A stretch of 64,000 bases of DNA from Paraspadella gotoi (taxonomy: Eukaryota > Animalia > Chaetognatha): contig CM119268.1 of NCBI GenBank assembly GCA_051294375.1, forward strand, positions 1,586,549-1,650,548, in the 5' to 3' direction. Positions 24,701-38,689 of this stretch are shown here, piece after piece (positions within the stretch are counted from its first letter, which is position 1; every line of letters starts with the position of its first letter). The translations under genes and the position numbers were made by a program. The notes under the pieces are model-generated. The model saw nothing but the letters and a program-made list of their open reading frames with translations. It ran no database searches and was not told the origin of the DNA.

Positions 24701-26316
24701 CCTTTTTCGGTCCGTCGGTCGCCCTCAATATTGTCGGGCAACCCACTTATATCATGTCAGAACATGCGAATTATGATAAATTATGCAAAAAAAATGATGT
24801 CCCGTCCCGTCCGTCCGTCCGTCCGTCCCGTCCGCCGTCCGTCCGTCCGCCGTCCGTCCGTCCGTCCGTCCGTCCGTCCGTCCGTCCGTCCCACCTTAGC
24901 AAAAAACAACCAATTACTCGTGATTGGAATGGATGGATTTAAATGAAATTTTGTGTGTGGATAGGTAAGTGTGGATTGAGCTGGATATTAAGTTTCGATG
25001 GAATCGTCGAGTGGAAATGAGTTAAATGAAAAAACAAAAAAAATATATTCCACTATTTGAACACCAATTGCTCATAAGTTGGATGGCTGATGACGCTGGA
25101 ATTTTGTATGTGGGTAGGAAAAGTGTGTGATTGAACAGGAAATCAAGTTTCGATGGAATAGTTTGAGTGGAAATGAGTTTAAATGGAAAAAAAACAAAAA
25201 AACCTGTTTACTAATTGATATCTTCTTTTTCCTTTTTATATTAAATGTATCTCAGGATGTATTAATAAATCAAATAATTAATTAGTTAATTAATCAATTA
25301 AGTAAATTAAATTTAATCAATAATTAATTAATTAGTCAATCAATCGTCCATCCGTCCCATCTAGCAAAAAAGCCTCCATAACTCGTGATTGGCTTGGTTG
25401 GATTGGAATTTAAATTTTGTGTGTGGGTAGGAAAGTGTGTGAATAAAGCTGGAATATAAATTTCGAATGGAATCGTGTGAGTGAAAATTAGTTTAAATGA
25501 AAAAAACATAGTTCGAATTAACTAAATCTTTTTACTTATTTTAACATAAATACTCCTATTAATCATAATTGGATGGATAGAATTGAGTTGAATTTTTGGT
25601 GTGTGGGTAGGAAAACGTATGACGAAGCTTGATATAATGTTCAGTGGAAAAGTACCAGTGGAAATGAGTTTAAATGAAAAAATATGAGTCATCATTTACT
25701 AATGAAATCTTTTATTATTTTACCCATGATAGATGAGATGAAATTTTGTGAGCCGGTAGGAAAGGAGTGAAGAAGCAGATATAAAGTTTTGAACGGAATG
25801 CAAGTTGAAAAATTATGCAAGTTGAAAAAAATGATGCAAGTTAAAAAAATCTTAAAAGCATAAGGATCGTCGCTATTGCATTAAAAAGAAGAGAAGAGAG
25901 AGAGAGAAAGAGAGAGTGAGAGAGAGAGAGAGAGTGAGAGAGAGAGAGAAGAGAAGGGACATAAAATAAAAAAATCTTAAAAGACTCAAGATCGAGCCTA
26001 GAGCCACTATCATAGAAAATTAATGAAAAAAAACGGGAAAACGAATGAATCAATGCGAATAACGAATTGTTGATGTACTAAGTAATTGATTGAAGGTATA
26101 TAACTAAATTGATTGATGTAATCAGTAATTTATTTGATGTAATTGGAATTGATTATTGATGCGATGATAATCAATTATTGATGCGATGATAGTCATTCAC
26201 TGATGTGAGATAGTCATTCAGTGATGACGATGATATGTCCATTCCATTGATGCGATGATTGTCATTCAATGATCGATGATAGTCAATAAAAACACAAATG
26301 CGTGTATGAAGATGAA

Positions 26317-26349
<33 letters not shown>

Positions 26350-26386
26350 GAGAGAGAGGAGAGAGAAAGAGATGAGAGAGAAAGAA

Positions 26387-26419
<33 letters not shown>

Positions 26420-26575
26420 ATAAAATCCACGAAAATCTCGATGAAAATATGGGAATTTTGTATTGAAAAAAGCGCGGAATAAATGGCAAATAATAAATTT
26501 TTAGAAGGAAAAAATAAAATCAGAAATTTTCAAAAAACAACGATCACGCAAAAGATCGGACAGATAGGGACAGAC
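20310..26575 (-). repeat. Second inverted copy of ~3305-9365, sitting at a (GA)n tract
   Basis: Colinear reverse-complement match with many 1-nt indels. Absent from the duplicate region, where (GA)n at ~35550-35735 runs directly into aaaatgagggaaaaatccgg. Confidence 0.85.
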
Positions 26576-26989
26576 CAAAAATGAGGGAAAAATCCGGAAC
26601 TGTGCGACTTGATGAAACTAATGTGCTCAATGTAGCGAAGTGTAATTTACTTTTTTTTAGTAAATTTCGCCTTATGGTTAAAGATATAACCGGGAAAGTA
26701 AAATAAACCATTTTTTTACGCGAAAGAAACGTAAAAAAAAACATAAAATCATTTTACCTAAAAAATTTTCATTTCTCATTGGGAAACAACGTTTCCTTTT
26801 TAATTCTTAATTCTCCCGTGGTAGAAAACCTTATGATTTTATTTACATATTGTAGATTTCATTGAGTACCACTAATATTTTAAGTTTTCTCACTGTCGCG
26901 ATATCTCCCTCCTTCATCCTCCTTCTCCATCCCCCTATGCCCCCCCTACTCCGCCCCTTCTCCCCCACCACCCCCAACATCCGCCCAAA

Positions 26990-27410
26990 TGGGCGTGGCG
27001 GATGTCATTTCCGGCGACTTTAGTTTGGCGCCGAATTTCATGAATTTCTTCGGAGTTCCGGCGGAAACCGGCGCGGGGCGGCGTCCTTGGCGGCGTGGGC
27101 GGCGCTGGCGGCGCGGGTGCCGTCCTTGGCGGCGTCGAGGCCGGCGTCACTCGGCGTCCTTCTGCGAGGTTGTCGTCCCGGATGTCGTTCCGATTATTGC
27201 TTTTGTCGTCCCTTTCGGTGATGTAGTTTCGATTGCTGTTGTGGTCCTTTTTTCAGATGTAGTGACTGTGAATGGTTTTGTTTCTGTTGCCGTTGTAGTC
27301 CTTTCTGCTGATGCAGTATTAGTAAATGTTGTAGTCCCTTTTGCTGATGTAGTATTAGTAAAGGTAGTAGTCGCTGATGTACATAGTTCCGTTGATGTTA
27401 ACAGGTAGCG
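26990..27410 (-). CDS. Thr-rich then Pro-rich (mucin-like) exon of an unidentified gene, frameshifted by probable sequencing indels
   Basis: YLLTSTELCTSATTTFTNTTSAKGTTTFTNTASAERTTTATETKPF...GTTTS followed by TPASTPPRTAPAPPAPPTPPRTPPRAGFRRNSEEIHEIRRQTK. The duplicate at ~36140-36560 has different indels at the junction. Confidence 0.4.
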
Positions 27411-28939
27411 CAATTTAAGCCTCTCTCTCTCTCTCTCTCGAACTCAAAACCATCATTAAATCAAAGTAATTAACGAGTTAAAAGCAGAGGACACCGCTGC
27501 GTCGTCGTCGTCTTCATCGTCGTCGTTATCGTCGTCGTCGTCGTCGTCGCTGGAACTCGGCGGGCTACGTCTCAAGGCAACTCTCAATCGGCAGCCACTT
27601 TCGAAACGAGGTCGAAAACAAAGACGTTTCGACCTTTACTCGTCGTAGTCGTTCGCGTAGCGAATGTCCTGGACGTAAAAAAAATGCCTTTTTTTTACGG
27701 GATATGAATGTTTTATTNNNNNNNNNNNNNNNNNNNNNNNNNNNNNNNNNNNNNNNNNNNNNNNNNNNNNNNNNNNNNNNNNNNNNNNNNNNNNNNNNNN
27801 NNNNNNNNNNNNNNNNNNNNNNNNNNNNNNNNNNNNNNNNNNNNNNNNNNNNNNNNNNNNNNNNNNNNNNNNNNNNNNNNNNNNNNNNNNNNNNNNNNNN
27901 NNNNNNNNNNNNNNNNNNNNNNNNNNNNNNNNNNNNNNNNNNNNNNNNNNNNNNNNNNNNNNNNNNNNNNNNNNNNNNNNNNNNNNNNNNNNNNNNNNNN
28001 NNNNNNNNNNNNNNNNNNNNNNNNNNNNNNNNNNNNNNNNNNNNNNNNNNNNNNNNNNNNNNNNNNNNNNNNNNNNNNNNNNNNNNNNNNNNNNNNNNNN
28101 NNNNNNNNNNNNNNNNNNNNNNNNNNNNNNNNNNNNNNNNNNNNNNNNNNNNNNNNNNNNNNNNNNNNNNNNNNNNNNNNNNNNNNNNNNNNNNNNNNNN
28201 NNNNNNNNNNNNNNNNNNNNNNNNNNNNNNNNNNNNNNNNNNNNNNNNNNNNNNNNNNNNNNNNNNNNNNNNNNNNNNNNNNNNNNNNNNNNNNNNNNNN
28301 NNNNNNNNNNNNNNNNNNNNNNNNNNNNNNNNNNNNNNNNNNNNNNNNNNNNNNNNNNNNNNNNNNNNNNNNNNNNNNNNNNNNNNNNNNNNNNNNNNNN
28401 NNNNNNNNNNNNNNNNNNNNNNNNNNNNNNNNNNNNNNNNNNNNNNNNNNNNNNNNNNNNNNNNNNNNNNNNNNNNNNNNNNNNNNNNNNNNNNNNNNNN
28501 NNNNNNNNNNNNNNNNNNNNNNNNNNNNNNNNNNNNNNNNNNNNNNNNNNNNNNNNNNNNNNNNNNNNNNNNNNNNTTTTTTTCCTTTGCTTTGCTTTGC
28601 TTTTTTTTACGCGCGTGGCAGATTTAAAAACGGAAAATTGAGAAGAGACTCGAAGGAGAATAGGCTCATCCGTTTTGGTTAACGCCACAAAGAGGCGAGG
28701 GGTTATTTCAGGGCGGAGCGGTCGTCGAATACCACATAATAATACCAAAATGAGTAAAATACAAACATTTCTACGTACAAAAGAAGATTATAAACAATAT
28801 ATCAAGACTATTGATTGTACTGTACATATATACACTGTATATATGTACAGTACAATCAACTGTATATTATACAGTCGCTTTTTTTATTTTTAAAAGTGTT
28901 TTCTCGTCAGCGGCTTCGCCCGAATTTCCTTGTTAATTT

Positions 28940-29089
28940 TGAAGAGACAGTAATTATTGTTATGAGTTAGAGACAGAACCGTTCAATATAAGCAGTCCCT
29001 GAGCTTCGGATCGGGCTGTAACACCATGTTACAGGCCGGTTAAGCGCCCCGTCCCTCTAACTGCTAGGTGGATTTTAGTCCACCATAAT
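28940..29089 (-). mobile_element. Internally deleted copy of the 5460-5692 element
   Basis: Both ends are kept (TGAAGAGACAG...GGTGGATTTTAGTCCACCATAAT); the tRNA-like core is lost. Duplicate at ~37620-37768. Confidence 0.75.
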
Positions 29090-30639
29090 TTCTACGTTTT
29101 CGTCTGTCCATTTTTTAATTGTTTCCCAAAAAGAAAAGGAAATAACAAAGTAGAAGATGAAAGAGAGAAAAGTTTTTCTCGTCTTACTATATCTAATGAA
29201 TTTCGCGTTTGTGATTCTTGGTGGAATCCGATAGAGGCGCTCATACTCAAAAACAAAAGATTAAAGGGAACTAAAGCGAATCAGTTTTCGTGCCGATTTG
29301 AGCTTTTATTTATTTTTTTTTTCGGGCAACATCAGCAAATCATCGTCGATTGAAAATAACGAAAATGAGATGCAATGCGTTTATAAATCAAAAAGGAAAA
29401 ATTAAAGTCGTACTAAACGCTGAGTCGCGGTAGCTTAACTTTTAACTGTTTATAATGAATACCATAATTTAACATTTTTTTAAAACAATTATGATAATTC
29501 GAATATATACAGTTTTTCGCCGAGTTTTCGTTTCAAGAGCTAAATTGAAGTCACCGAAAAGAAGTACAAGTAAATCTTAAGTATATATTTGTTTTTATTT
29601 AAAAATCTTCACCATCCATGACGGGCGAAGAAACGCGCAAGACTGACGGCGAACTTAAAGCAAATTTGCATGTAATTAAAAAAAAACCATGAATCCGCGA
29701 GTTTTAATTATCCATTAATCAGGAAGGCTTCTCCGTTACTTTTCCTGGCGAAACATTAAACTTTCAGGATTTGTTTGGATCGAAGATTTTTCGCGCGCGA
29801 GAGACGAAAGAAGAAGAAGAGATTCTTGAATAATTTAGGGGAATCGTGGTTGACCCAATTTCGTTGGCGGGTGCGAAAAGGTGACGACCGAAAAGATTGG
29901 AGATTTGATTTGATTTGATTGATAATTGATTAATTGATATTATTGATTGATTAATTGAATTATTTGATTTGGATTGATTAATGAATTATTTATTTATTTT
30001 TATTTATTTATTTATTTATTTATTTTTTATTTATTTATTGATTGATGATGATTGATTATGAAATTGTATTGATTGATTGATTGATTTATTTATGATTGAT
30101 GATTGATTTGCATTGATTTGATTGATTATTGATTTTATTTATTTATTTATTGATTAGCGAATTACTTACATGTTGTCATAGTGACTTATTTCGATCCACA
30201 ACCCTTCACCTGGATCGATCCCCAATGGAACCTACCTTGCTGAAAGCTTGAGGACGGCCGTAAACCGCCTTGAGGGCGTGGAAAACCCTCAAGCCCGGTT
30301 ACACGCGCAGGACCCTTTCCATTGCTGCTGAGGGGCCAGAAAAGATACGGTTAGTAGTCTTGATTGATATATTTGATTGATCGATTAAAGGAATGAAATA
30401 AATACGTAAATGAAGGAATAAATGAATGAATGAATGAATGAATGAATGAATGAATGAATGAATGAGTAAATAAATATTCGAATAAATAATTAAACTGATG
30501 AAAAAAATCAATGAGCTAAGGGCTGCTTAACGATTTCTCGAACCTCAGTTTCCCCCTCGCCCCCCCACACACCCCCACCCCTCTTCCCCACCCCCCCTTC
30601 CGCCTCTCTTTCCCCTCTCAGTGGGGAGAGGCGGCGTGG

Positions 30640-30812
30640 GGAAAGGAATTGTCCGATATTATGGGCAGCGCAATAAATCGTTGGGTCGACCATTTGGAAA
30701 TCGTTCTCCGCCGTCGATGACGACGACAAAGAGAAGACGATGACGACGACGACGACGACGACGATGACGACGACGACGAGGACTACGACGTCGTCTCCCA
30801 GCGTTTTTGTGG
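30640..30812 (-). CDS. Candidate upstream exon of the minus-strand Thr/Pro-rich gene
   Basis: Acceptor-like ...TTCGTCAG, then a Ser-rich stretch and ENDFQMVDPTIYCAAHNIG; the PTIYCAAHNIG part is kept in the duplicate at ~39300-39450. Boundaries are uncertain. Confidence 0.25.
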
Positions 30813-31102
30813 CTGACGAATTGACGTTTAAAAAAAATCAATTCATAAGGACAAATTTAGAATTTTTAAATTTCAAATTCCAAATTCAAATTTGAAAATG
30901 TAACATTATCGCTGATTGGTTTTGATGCCATCGGTTTGAATTTAATACATTCTTGTGATTAACAAGACATTAACTACATTTGTACTCGGTTCCAAGACCA
31001 AGGCGCTGGGTACTTCTCTTCGCTTCATCATCTCCCATTAGATTCTCTTCTCTATTTTTCGACTCTTTTCTCTTTTCTTTTCCTCTCTTTCCAGTCTTTA
31101 TA

Positions 31103-31427
31103 TTTTTTTAGTTGCGCCGCGAATACTCGCGGAGCAACTCTATAAGTCACTTTTCGGTCGGTCGGTCTGTCGGTCGGTCCGTCGGTCGGTATGTCTGTCC
31201 GTCGGTCTGTCCCACTTACCTTAAAAATGCATATGATTTGCCTATAGTATTTAAAAAATCCTAAAACTATAAGGAATAAAATACGGAATTTTTATTCAGT
31301 GCATGTCATAAATACACGGGCTAAGAAAGTTATTGTAGTCATGTCACGTCATGTCATGTCACATCTCAAAAAATACCCGTGAATAGGCAGTCACTGCGGC
31401 GCAACACATTTGAATTACCGTTCTTGT
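31103..31427 (+). mobile_element. Helentron-associated (HINE/DINE-1-like) non-autonomous element
   Basis: T-run start; subTIR GTTGCGCCGC 31111-31120 / GCGGCGCAAC 31396-31405; 5' hairpin; (GGTC/GTCC)n microsatellite; end ...CCGTTCTTGT. Duplicate at ~39723-40021. Confidence 0.75.
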
Positions 31428-31466
31428 CAACACACTTTTCACAGAGAATCAAAGTTTGGTACGGGA

Positions 31467-31649
31467 GGCAAGTCATTCGCCTTCAGACCCAAAGGTTCGG
31501 GGTTCTAGCCCGGTGGTCGCCTAGCAGTTAAGAGGAACGGGGCGCTTAACCCGCCTGTAACACGGTGTTACAGCCTGATCCGAAGCTCAGGGACTGCTTA
31601 TATTGAACGGTTCCGTCACTAACTCATAACCATTATTACTGTCTCTTCA
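31467..31649 (+). mobile_element. Truncated copy of the 5460-5692 element
   Basis: gcaagtcattcgccttcagacccaaaggttcggggttctagcccgg...ctgtctcttca, with internal palindrome CTGTAACAC-G-GTGTTACAG. Duplicate at ~40060-40234. Confidence 0.75.
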
Positions 31650-32214
31650 CCTTTGTCTCTCTTCTTGCGCTCTCCATCTTTCTTTATATATAAGTCAAAT
31701 CTTTCCAAATTCGAATTCGTTTTTTTGTTGTTTTTTTTTATTCACCGCGCCATCTGTGGCTCGAATTAAGTCAATCTTGGTGAGTGAATTGTGTGTTTTC
31801 TCTTTAAAAGTTCGACGCTTCGAACGACCGCGATTGATTGGATCGAAAAACAACAGCAAACAACAAACAAACAACAACAACAACAACAACAATGAGAAGG
31901 AATTCGTCGCAAATCTCCCTTTTTTGTTTTGTTGACGCCTGACGAAGCTAAACGGTTAACGGTTAACGGTTAACGGTTAACCTCCGCGCGTCTCTCTTCG
32001 CTTATAGTCACGCGATGTTTGGCGTCGCCATGTCAACTCAGTTGAAGTGAAAACGAGGCCTTAATACTCAATAGTGACACGTAGCGTATTTGTCTTAATT
32101 GCTTCGGTCCGAAACCGTGGATACCGTCCTCTGTTTAAAAACGACATCCGATCTGAAATTACCTCTGTTTGATATTATTTCTCTTTAAAAATTAGCGTGT
32201 CTTGTATTGTTGTA

Positions 32215-32437
32215 ACGTCATGTCAATGTCGTGTCCCGTTATGTCATTGTCGTGTCCCGTCATATCAATGAAACGTCATGTTAATGACGTGTCACGACAT
32301 GTAAATGTCGTGACAATGTCGTGTCCCGTCATGTCAATTTCGTGTCACGTCATGTCAATGTCGTGTCACGTCAATGTCGTGTTACGTCAATGTCGTGTCA
32401 CATCATGTCAATTTCGTGTCATGTCATGTCAATGTCG
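32215..32437 (+). repeat. ~21-bp degenerate minisatellite (TGTCAATGTCGTGTCACGTCA)
   Basis: Directly visible tandem units; duplicate at ~40765-40985. Confidence 0.8.
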
Positions 32438-32779
32438 CTCTGCTCGCGTCTCATTGTCTTCAAACTCTGCTCGCCCTCAACTTCCCCCTTTCCTCCATCT
32501 CCTCCTCCTCTATCTCCTCCTCCTCCTCCCCTTTTTTCACCCCCCCCTCTCCGCCCCCCTTCTGAGCGACATATGTTTCGAAGTCATCGATGATAACGAC
32601 GTCCGGTCGTCGTCGTCGTCGTCGTCGTCGTCGACTTTCCTTATTTTCGAGACAAAGTCGATTTTTCTTTTTTTATTTAAAAAAAAGGAAAAAAATGTGG
32701 CGACTGCCAGATGATGCCGCCAGTGTTAATGAAAAAAATTGTTGTAACGGGTCGAAGAGGAATAGGAGACCGATGCTTT

Positions 32780-32835
<56 letters not shown>

Positions 32836-34552
32836 CTCGACATTCTGCTCGCGACACCCACGACGCCATCTCTGGATTATGAATGAGACTGCGAGACCTC
32901 TTTCCTTTTTTCTGGGTCAAAACTGACCTTTTGTTGAACGTCATCTCACAAGGATCGAAAAAAAGGGGAAAATTGGAGAAAGTTTCTCAATTATTTTGCG
33001 CACTAATCGAGTTTCCTTAAAAAGAGCCAGAAAAAAAAGTTTGGAAATATTAATATTATTAATTTATTTTTACAAGTAAATATTTTTTTTCGCTTTCAGC
33101 TGTGCTCGAAGAAATTCATTTGAATTTGGAGAAGTAACAAAAAGATTATTAACCCAATTAAAAAACAATCTTTCTTGCTATAGTTTATGTATATAATTAT
33201 GTATGTAAATTGTATAATTTCATTTTAAATTATTGAGCTCGAATCATTCCCTTGATTCCTTATCAAATTATGAAATTATGTAATTAACATTATACATAAA
33301 ATCAATATTCCCGTAATCCTGGTCTTGACGGCCAAGTACTGTATTGTGAACTAGTATTGCAGTGTATTGTGAACTTTTTCCAACATCTCATATTTCACTT
33401 AATCACCGCAAACAATTTTTCAACTTACCAGAGTCGACCATGAAAAACTGATTAAAAACACCACGGTTTTCTTGTTTACCTCTCTCTCTCTCTCTCTTTC
33501 TCTCATTCTCTCTCTCTCTCTTTCTCTCATTCTCTCTCTCTCTTTCTTTCATTCTCTCTCTCTCTTNNNNNNNNNNNNNNNNNNNNNNNNNNNNNNNNNN
33601 NNNNNNNNNNNNNNNNNNNNNNNNNNNNNNNNNNNNNNNNNNNNNNNNNNNNNNNNNNNNNNNNNNNNNNNNNNNNNNNNNNNNNNNNNNNNNNNNNNNN
33701 NNNNNNNNNNNNNNNNNNNNNNNNNNNNNNNNNNNNNNNNNNNNNNNNNNNNNNNNNNNNNNNNNNNNNNNNNNNNNNNNNNNNNNNNNNNNNNNNNNNN
33801 NNNNNNNNNNNNNNNNNNNNNNNNNNNNNNNNNNNNNNNNNNNNNNNNNNNNNNNNNNNNNNNNNNNNNNNNNNNNNNNNNNNNNNNNNNNNNNNNNNNN
33901 NNNNNNNNNNNNNNNNNNNNNNNNNNNNNNNNNNNNNNNNNNNNNNNNNNNNNNNNNNNNNNNNNNNNNNNNNNNNNNNNNNNNNNNNNNNNNNNNNNNN
34001 NNNNNNNNNNNNNNNNNNNNNNNNNNNNNNNNNNNNNNNNNNNNNNNNNNNNNNNGCGCGCGCGAACCACGCGCTCTCCATCGCGAGACCGGAGCGCCCG
34101 TCACGAATCTCATAAATCAACTTCTTCGTCGCGAAGATAAGGAAAATGACGACGCAACGATTACGCAGCGACGGCGCAAAAAAAACAACAACGCAGCTTT
34201 CTTGCTACAATGACGCAGCAATGACGCTAAATAACGATAACGCAAAAAATGCAGCAAGAATGCAGCAAAAATGCAGCAAGAACGCGACTACGTCAACTAC
34301 GACGACGACGACGTTGCGTCGAGTGCGCAGGGACTCACTAATGACTCGACGACGACGCACCGGGAAGTTTACCACAACTCTATCACAATTTTATCACAAT
34401 TTTACCACAATTTTATCTCGGATTTAGAAAAAAAAAATAGATGGAAACTAAAATTTTGCGTCCTCCAAGAGTCCAAGTGTCTAAGAGTTAAATTAAGTTG
34501 CGATTTAACTTATTTAAAAAAAGAAATAAAAAAGCGGAGGACGCATCCGGCA

Positions 34553-34915
34553 TTTTAGTTGCGCCGCAAGTACTCGCGGAGCAACTCTATAAGTCACTTT
34601 TCGGTCGGTCGGTAGGTATGTCTGTCCGTTAGTCTGTTCTACTTACGTTAAAATTGCATATAATTCGTTTATAGTTGGTTGCTCATTTGTTAAGGTAGGA
34701 AAAAACCTTAAATCTAAGGGACTGCTAGCGCCGCCTTCAGGAAATCCTAAAACTATAAGGAATAAAAGACTCGATGCAGTGCATGTCATAAATACAAGGG
34801 CTGAGAAAGCTTTTTACTCACGTCATGTCACATCATGTCATATCATGTGATCAAAGGGAAATACGCGTGAAAATAAAGTCACTGCGGCGCAACACATTGG
34901 AATCACCGTTCTTGT
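34553..34915 (+). mobile_element. Second HINE/DINE-1-like copy
   Basis: Same ends and subTIRs as 31103-31427 (TTTTAGTTGCGCCGC...GCGGCGCAAC...CCGTTCTTGT). Duplicate at ~43190-43545. Confidence 0.75.
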
Positions 34916-35290
34916 TTTTTCTACAAAACGACGCATCGACGCATCGAACGAATTTAATTTTAATTCCGCAATAATTTCTATTAAAAGTCGAACTAATGAA
35001 GTAGAAGTTGACGAGTTGACGATAAGAAGTTTAAAATAAATAATTCATTTTCTCGGTTCAATGATATTATTTAAATACTAGAGGGAACCGGGCAATTTAG
35101 GTAATGAAGATTAGAAGCGAACGTTATACTATCATCACAGATGGAATCGGAACCAAAAATAGTATCGGATAAGCAAATAATAAATGAAAAGTAAATGATA
35201 AGTAAATAATAAATGATAAGTAAAGGATAAATGAAAAATAAATGCTAAGTAAATGCTATCAACAANNNNNNNNNNNNNNNNNNNNNNNNN

Positions 35291-35578
35291 CATCATTCTT
35301 CTATATATCGAACTTTAAATTCTTTTTTGCAGTTAAAGTTAAATTCAAGTGAAGTTAAATCAAGTTAAATTTAATAATTAAAAGTAATTCACTGGATATA
35401 AATGTCAAGGAGATTACAATTTAATTCAGAATATTAATATTAATTCATGGAACCTCAAGGTCACCATAATTCGAGACCCTGATCGTTACATTAAATTTCT
35501 CGCGAAACCATTGAAGACAAGGGCGGACGCCTTCACGCCTGAGCCAAAGAGTGAGAGAGAAGAGAGAGAGAGAGAGAG

Positions 35579-35627
<49 letters not shown>

Positions 35628-35682
35628 GGAGAGGAGAGAGAGAGAGAGGGGAGGAGAGAGAGAGAGAGAAGCGAGAAGAGAG

Positions 35683-35734
<52 letters not shown>

Positions 35735-38556
35735 TGAATGGAAAAATGAGGGAAAAATCCGGAACTGTGCGACTTGATGAAACTAATGTGCTCAATGTAG
35801 CGAAGTTAATTTACTTTTTTTTAGTAAATTTCGCACTTATGGTTAAAAATATAACGGGAAGTAAAATAAACCTTTTTACGCGAAAGAACGTAAAAAACAC
35901 ATAAATCATTTAACTAAAAAATTTTTCATTTCTCATGGGAAAAAACGTTCCCTTTTAATTCTTAATTCTCCCTTGGGAAAAACTTATGATTTTATTTACA
36001 TATTGTAGATTCATTGACTACCACTAATTTTTTAAGTTTTCTCACTGTCGCGATATCTCCCTCCTTCATTCTCCTTCTCCATCCCCTATGCCCCCCCCCC
36101 TATCTCCGCCCCTTCCCCCCACCACCGCCAACATCCGCCAAATGGGCGTGGCGGATGTCATTTCCGGCGACTTTGTTTGGGGCCGAATTTCATGAATTTC
36201 TTCGGAGTTCCGGCGGAAACCGGCGCGGGGCGGCGTCCTTGCGGCGTGGGCGGCGCTGGCGGCGCGGGTGCCGTCCTTGGCGGCGTCGAGGCCGGCGTCA
36301 CTCGCGTCCTTCTGCAGTTGTCGTCCCGCGGATGTCGTTCCGATTATTGCTTTTGTCGGTCCCTTTCGGTGATGTAGTTTCGATGCTGTTGTGGTCCCTT
36401 TTTCAGATGTAGTGACTGGTGAATGGTTTTGTTCTGTTGCCGTTGTAGTCCTTTCTGCTGATGTAATATTAGTAAATGTTGTATCCCTTTTGCTGATGTA
36501 TATTAGTAATGGTAGTAGTCGCTGATGTACATAGTTCCGTTGATGTTAACAGGTAGCGCAATTTAAGCCTCTCTCTCTCTCTCTCCAAACTCAAACCATG
36601 ATTAAATCAAAGGTAATTAACGAGCTAAAAGCAGAGGACACCGCTGCGTCGTCGTCGTCTTCATCGTCGTCGTTATCGTTCGTCGTCGTCGTCGCTGAAC
36701 TCGGCGGGCTGCGTCTCAAGGCACTCTCAATTGGCAGCCACTTTCGAAACGAGGTCGAAAACAAAGACGTTTCGACCTTTACTCGTCGTAGTCGTTCGCG
36801 TAGCGAATCTGCGGACGTAATATGGGATATGATGTTTTATTTACTCGGTTAATAAAAAGAATAAACAAGTCAAAAAATGGCGGGAAAAATAGGAAAGAAG
36901 AAAGGTTTAGAAAGAGGTAAGGGAGGGAAAGAAAGCGTGAGGCGAGGCGGAAGTGGGAGTAGGGGTGGAGAGAGTGGAGAGAGAGAGAGAGGGAGAGAGA
37001 GAGAGAAAAAAAAAAAGAGAAAGAGAGAAAGAGAGAAAAAAAAGAGAGAAGAGAGAAAAGAGAGAGGAGAGAAAGAGAGAAGAGAGAAGGAAGAAAAGGA
37101 GAGAAAGAGAGAGAGAAAGAGAGAGAGGCGAGAAAGAGAGAGAGAGGGAAAGGAAGAAGGGAGAGAGAGAGAGACAGAGGAGAGAGATAGCGTCGCGGCG
37201 GAAATGAGGATTCGAAAACGAAGCCCAAAAAAAATGACAAATGGCGACTCCTGCTTTTTTTTCCTTTGCTTTGCTTTGCTTTTTTTTTACGCGCCGTGGC
37301 AGATTTAAAAACGGAAAATTGAAGAAGAGACTCGAAGGAGAATAGGCTCATCCGTTTTGGTTAAGCCACAAGAGGCGAGGGGTTTTCAGGGCGGAGCGGT
37401 CGTCGAATACCACATAATAATACCAAAATGAGTAAAATATACAAAAATTTCTACGTACAAAAGAAGATTATAAACATATTATCAAGACTGTTGATTGTAC
37501 TGTACATATATTACACTGTATATATGTACAGTAAAATCAACTGTATATTATACAGTCGCTTTGTTTATTTTAAAAGTGTTTTCTCGTCAGCGGCTTCGCC
37601 CGAATTTCCTTGTTAATTTTGAAAGACAGTAATTATTGTTATGAGGTTAGAGACAGAACCGTTCAATATAAGCAGTCCCTGAGCTTCGGATCGGGCTGTA
37701 ACACCATGTTACAGCCGGTTAAGCGCCCCGTTCCTCTTAACTTGCTAGGTGATTTAGTCCACATAATTTCTACGTTTTCGTCTCTCCATTTTTTAATTGT
37801 TTCCAAAAAAGAAAAGGAAATAACAAAGTAGAAATGAAAGAGAGAAAGTTTTCTCGTCTAATATCTAATGAATTTCGCGTTTGTGATTCCGAGGTGGAAT
37901 CCGATAGAGGCGCTCATACTCAAAACAAAAGATAAAAGGGAACTAAAGCGAATCAGTTTTCGTGCCGATTTGAGCTTTTATTTTTTTTTTCGGTCAACAT
38001 CAGCAAATCATCGTCGATTGAAAATAACGAAAATGAGATGCAATGCGTTTTATAAATCAAAAAGAAAAATTGAAGTCGTACTAACGCTGAGATCGCGGTA
38101 GCTTAACTTTTAACTGTTTATAATGAATACCATAATTTAACATTTTTTCAAACAATTATGATAATTCGAATATATACAGTTTTTCCCGAGTTTTCGTTTC
38201 AGAGCTAAATGAAGACACCGAAAGAGTAAATCTTAAGTATATAATTTTTTTTTATTTAAAATCTCACCATCCATCACGGCGAAGAAACGCGAAGACTGAC
38301 GGCGAACTTAAAGCAAATTTGCATGTAATTAAAAAAAAAACCATGAATCCGCGAGTTTTAATTATCCATTTAATCAGGAAGGCTTCTCCGTTACTTTTCC
38401 TGGCGAAACATTAAACTTTCAGGATTTGTTTGATCGAAGATTTTTCGCGCGCGAGAGACGAAAGAAGAAGAAGAGATTCTGAATAATTTAGGCGAATCGT
38501 GGTTGACCCATTTTTGGGGGCGAAAAAGGTGACGACGAAAAGATTGGAGTTGATTG

Positions 38557-38594
<38 letters not shown>

Positions 38595-38657
38595 ATTGAT
38601 TGATTGATTAATTGAAATTATTGATGATTGATTAATTGATTGAATTATTATTGATTT

Positions 38658-38689
<32 letters not shown>

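Noticed and set aside
27636-28748. Long ORFs containing X runs (also at 8.7-9.7, 33.4-34.1 and 46.3-47.4 kb)
   Set aside because: Open only because of N gaps.
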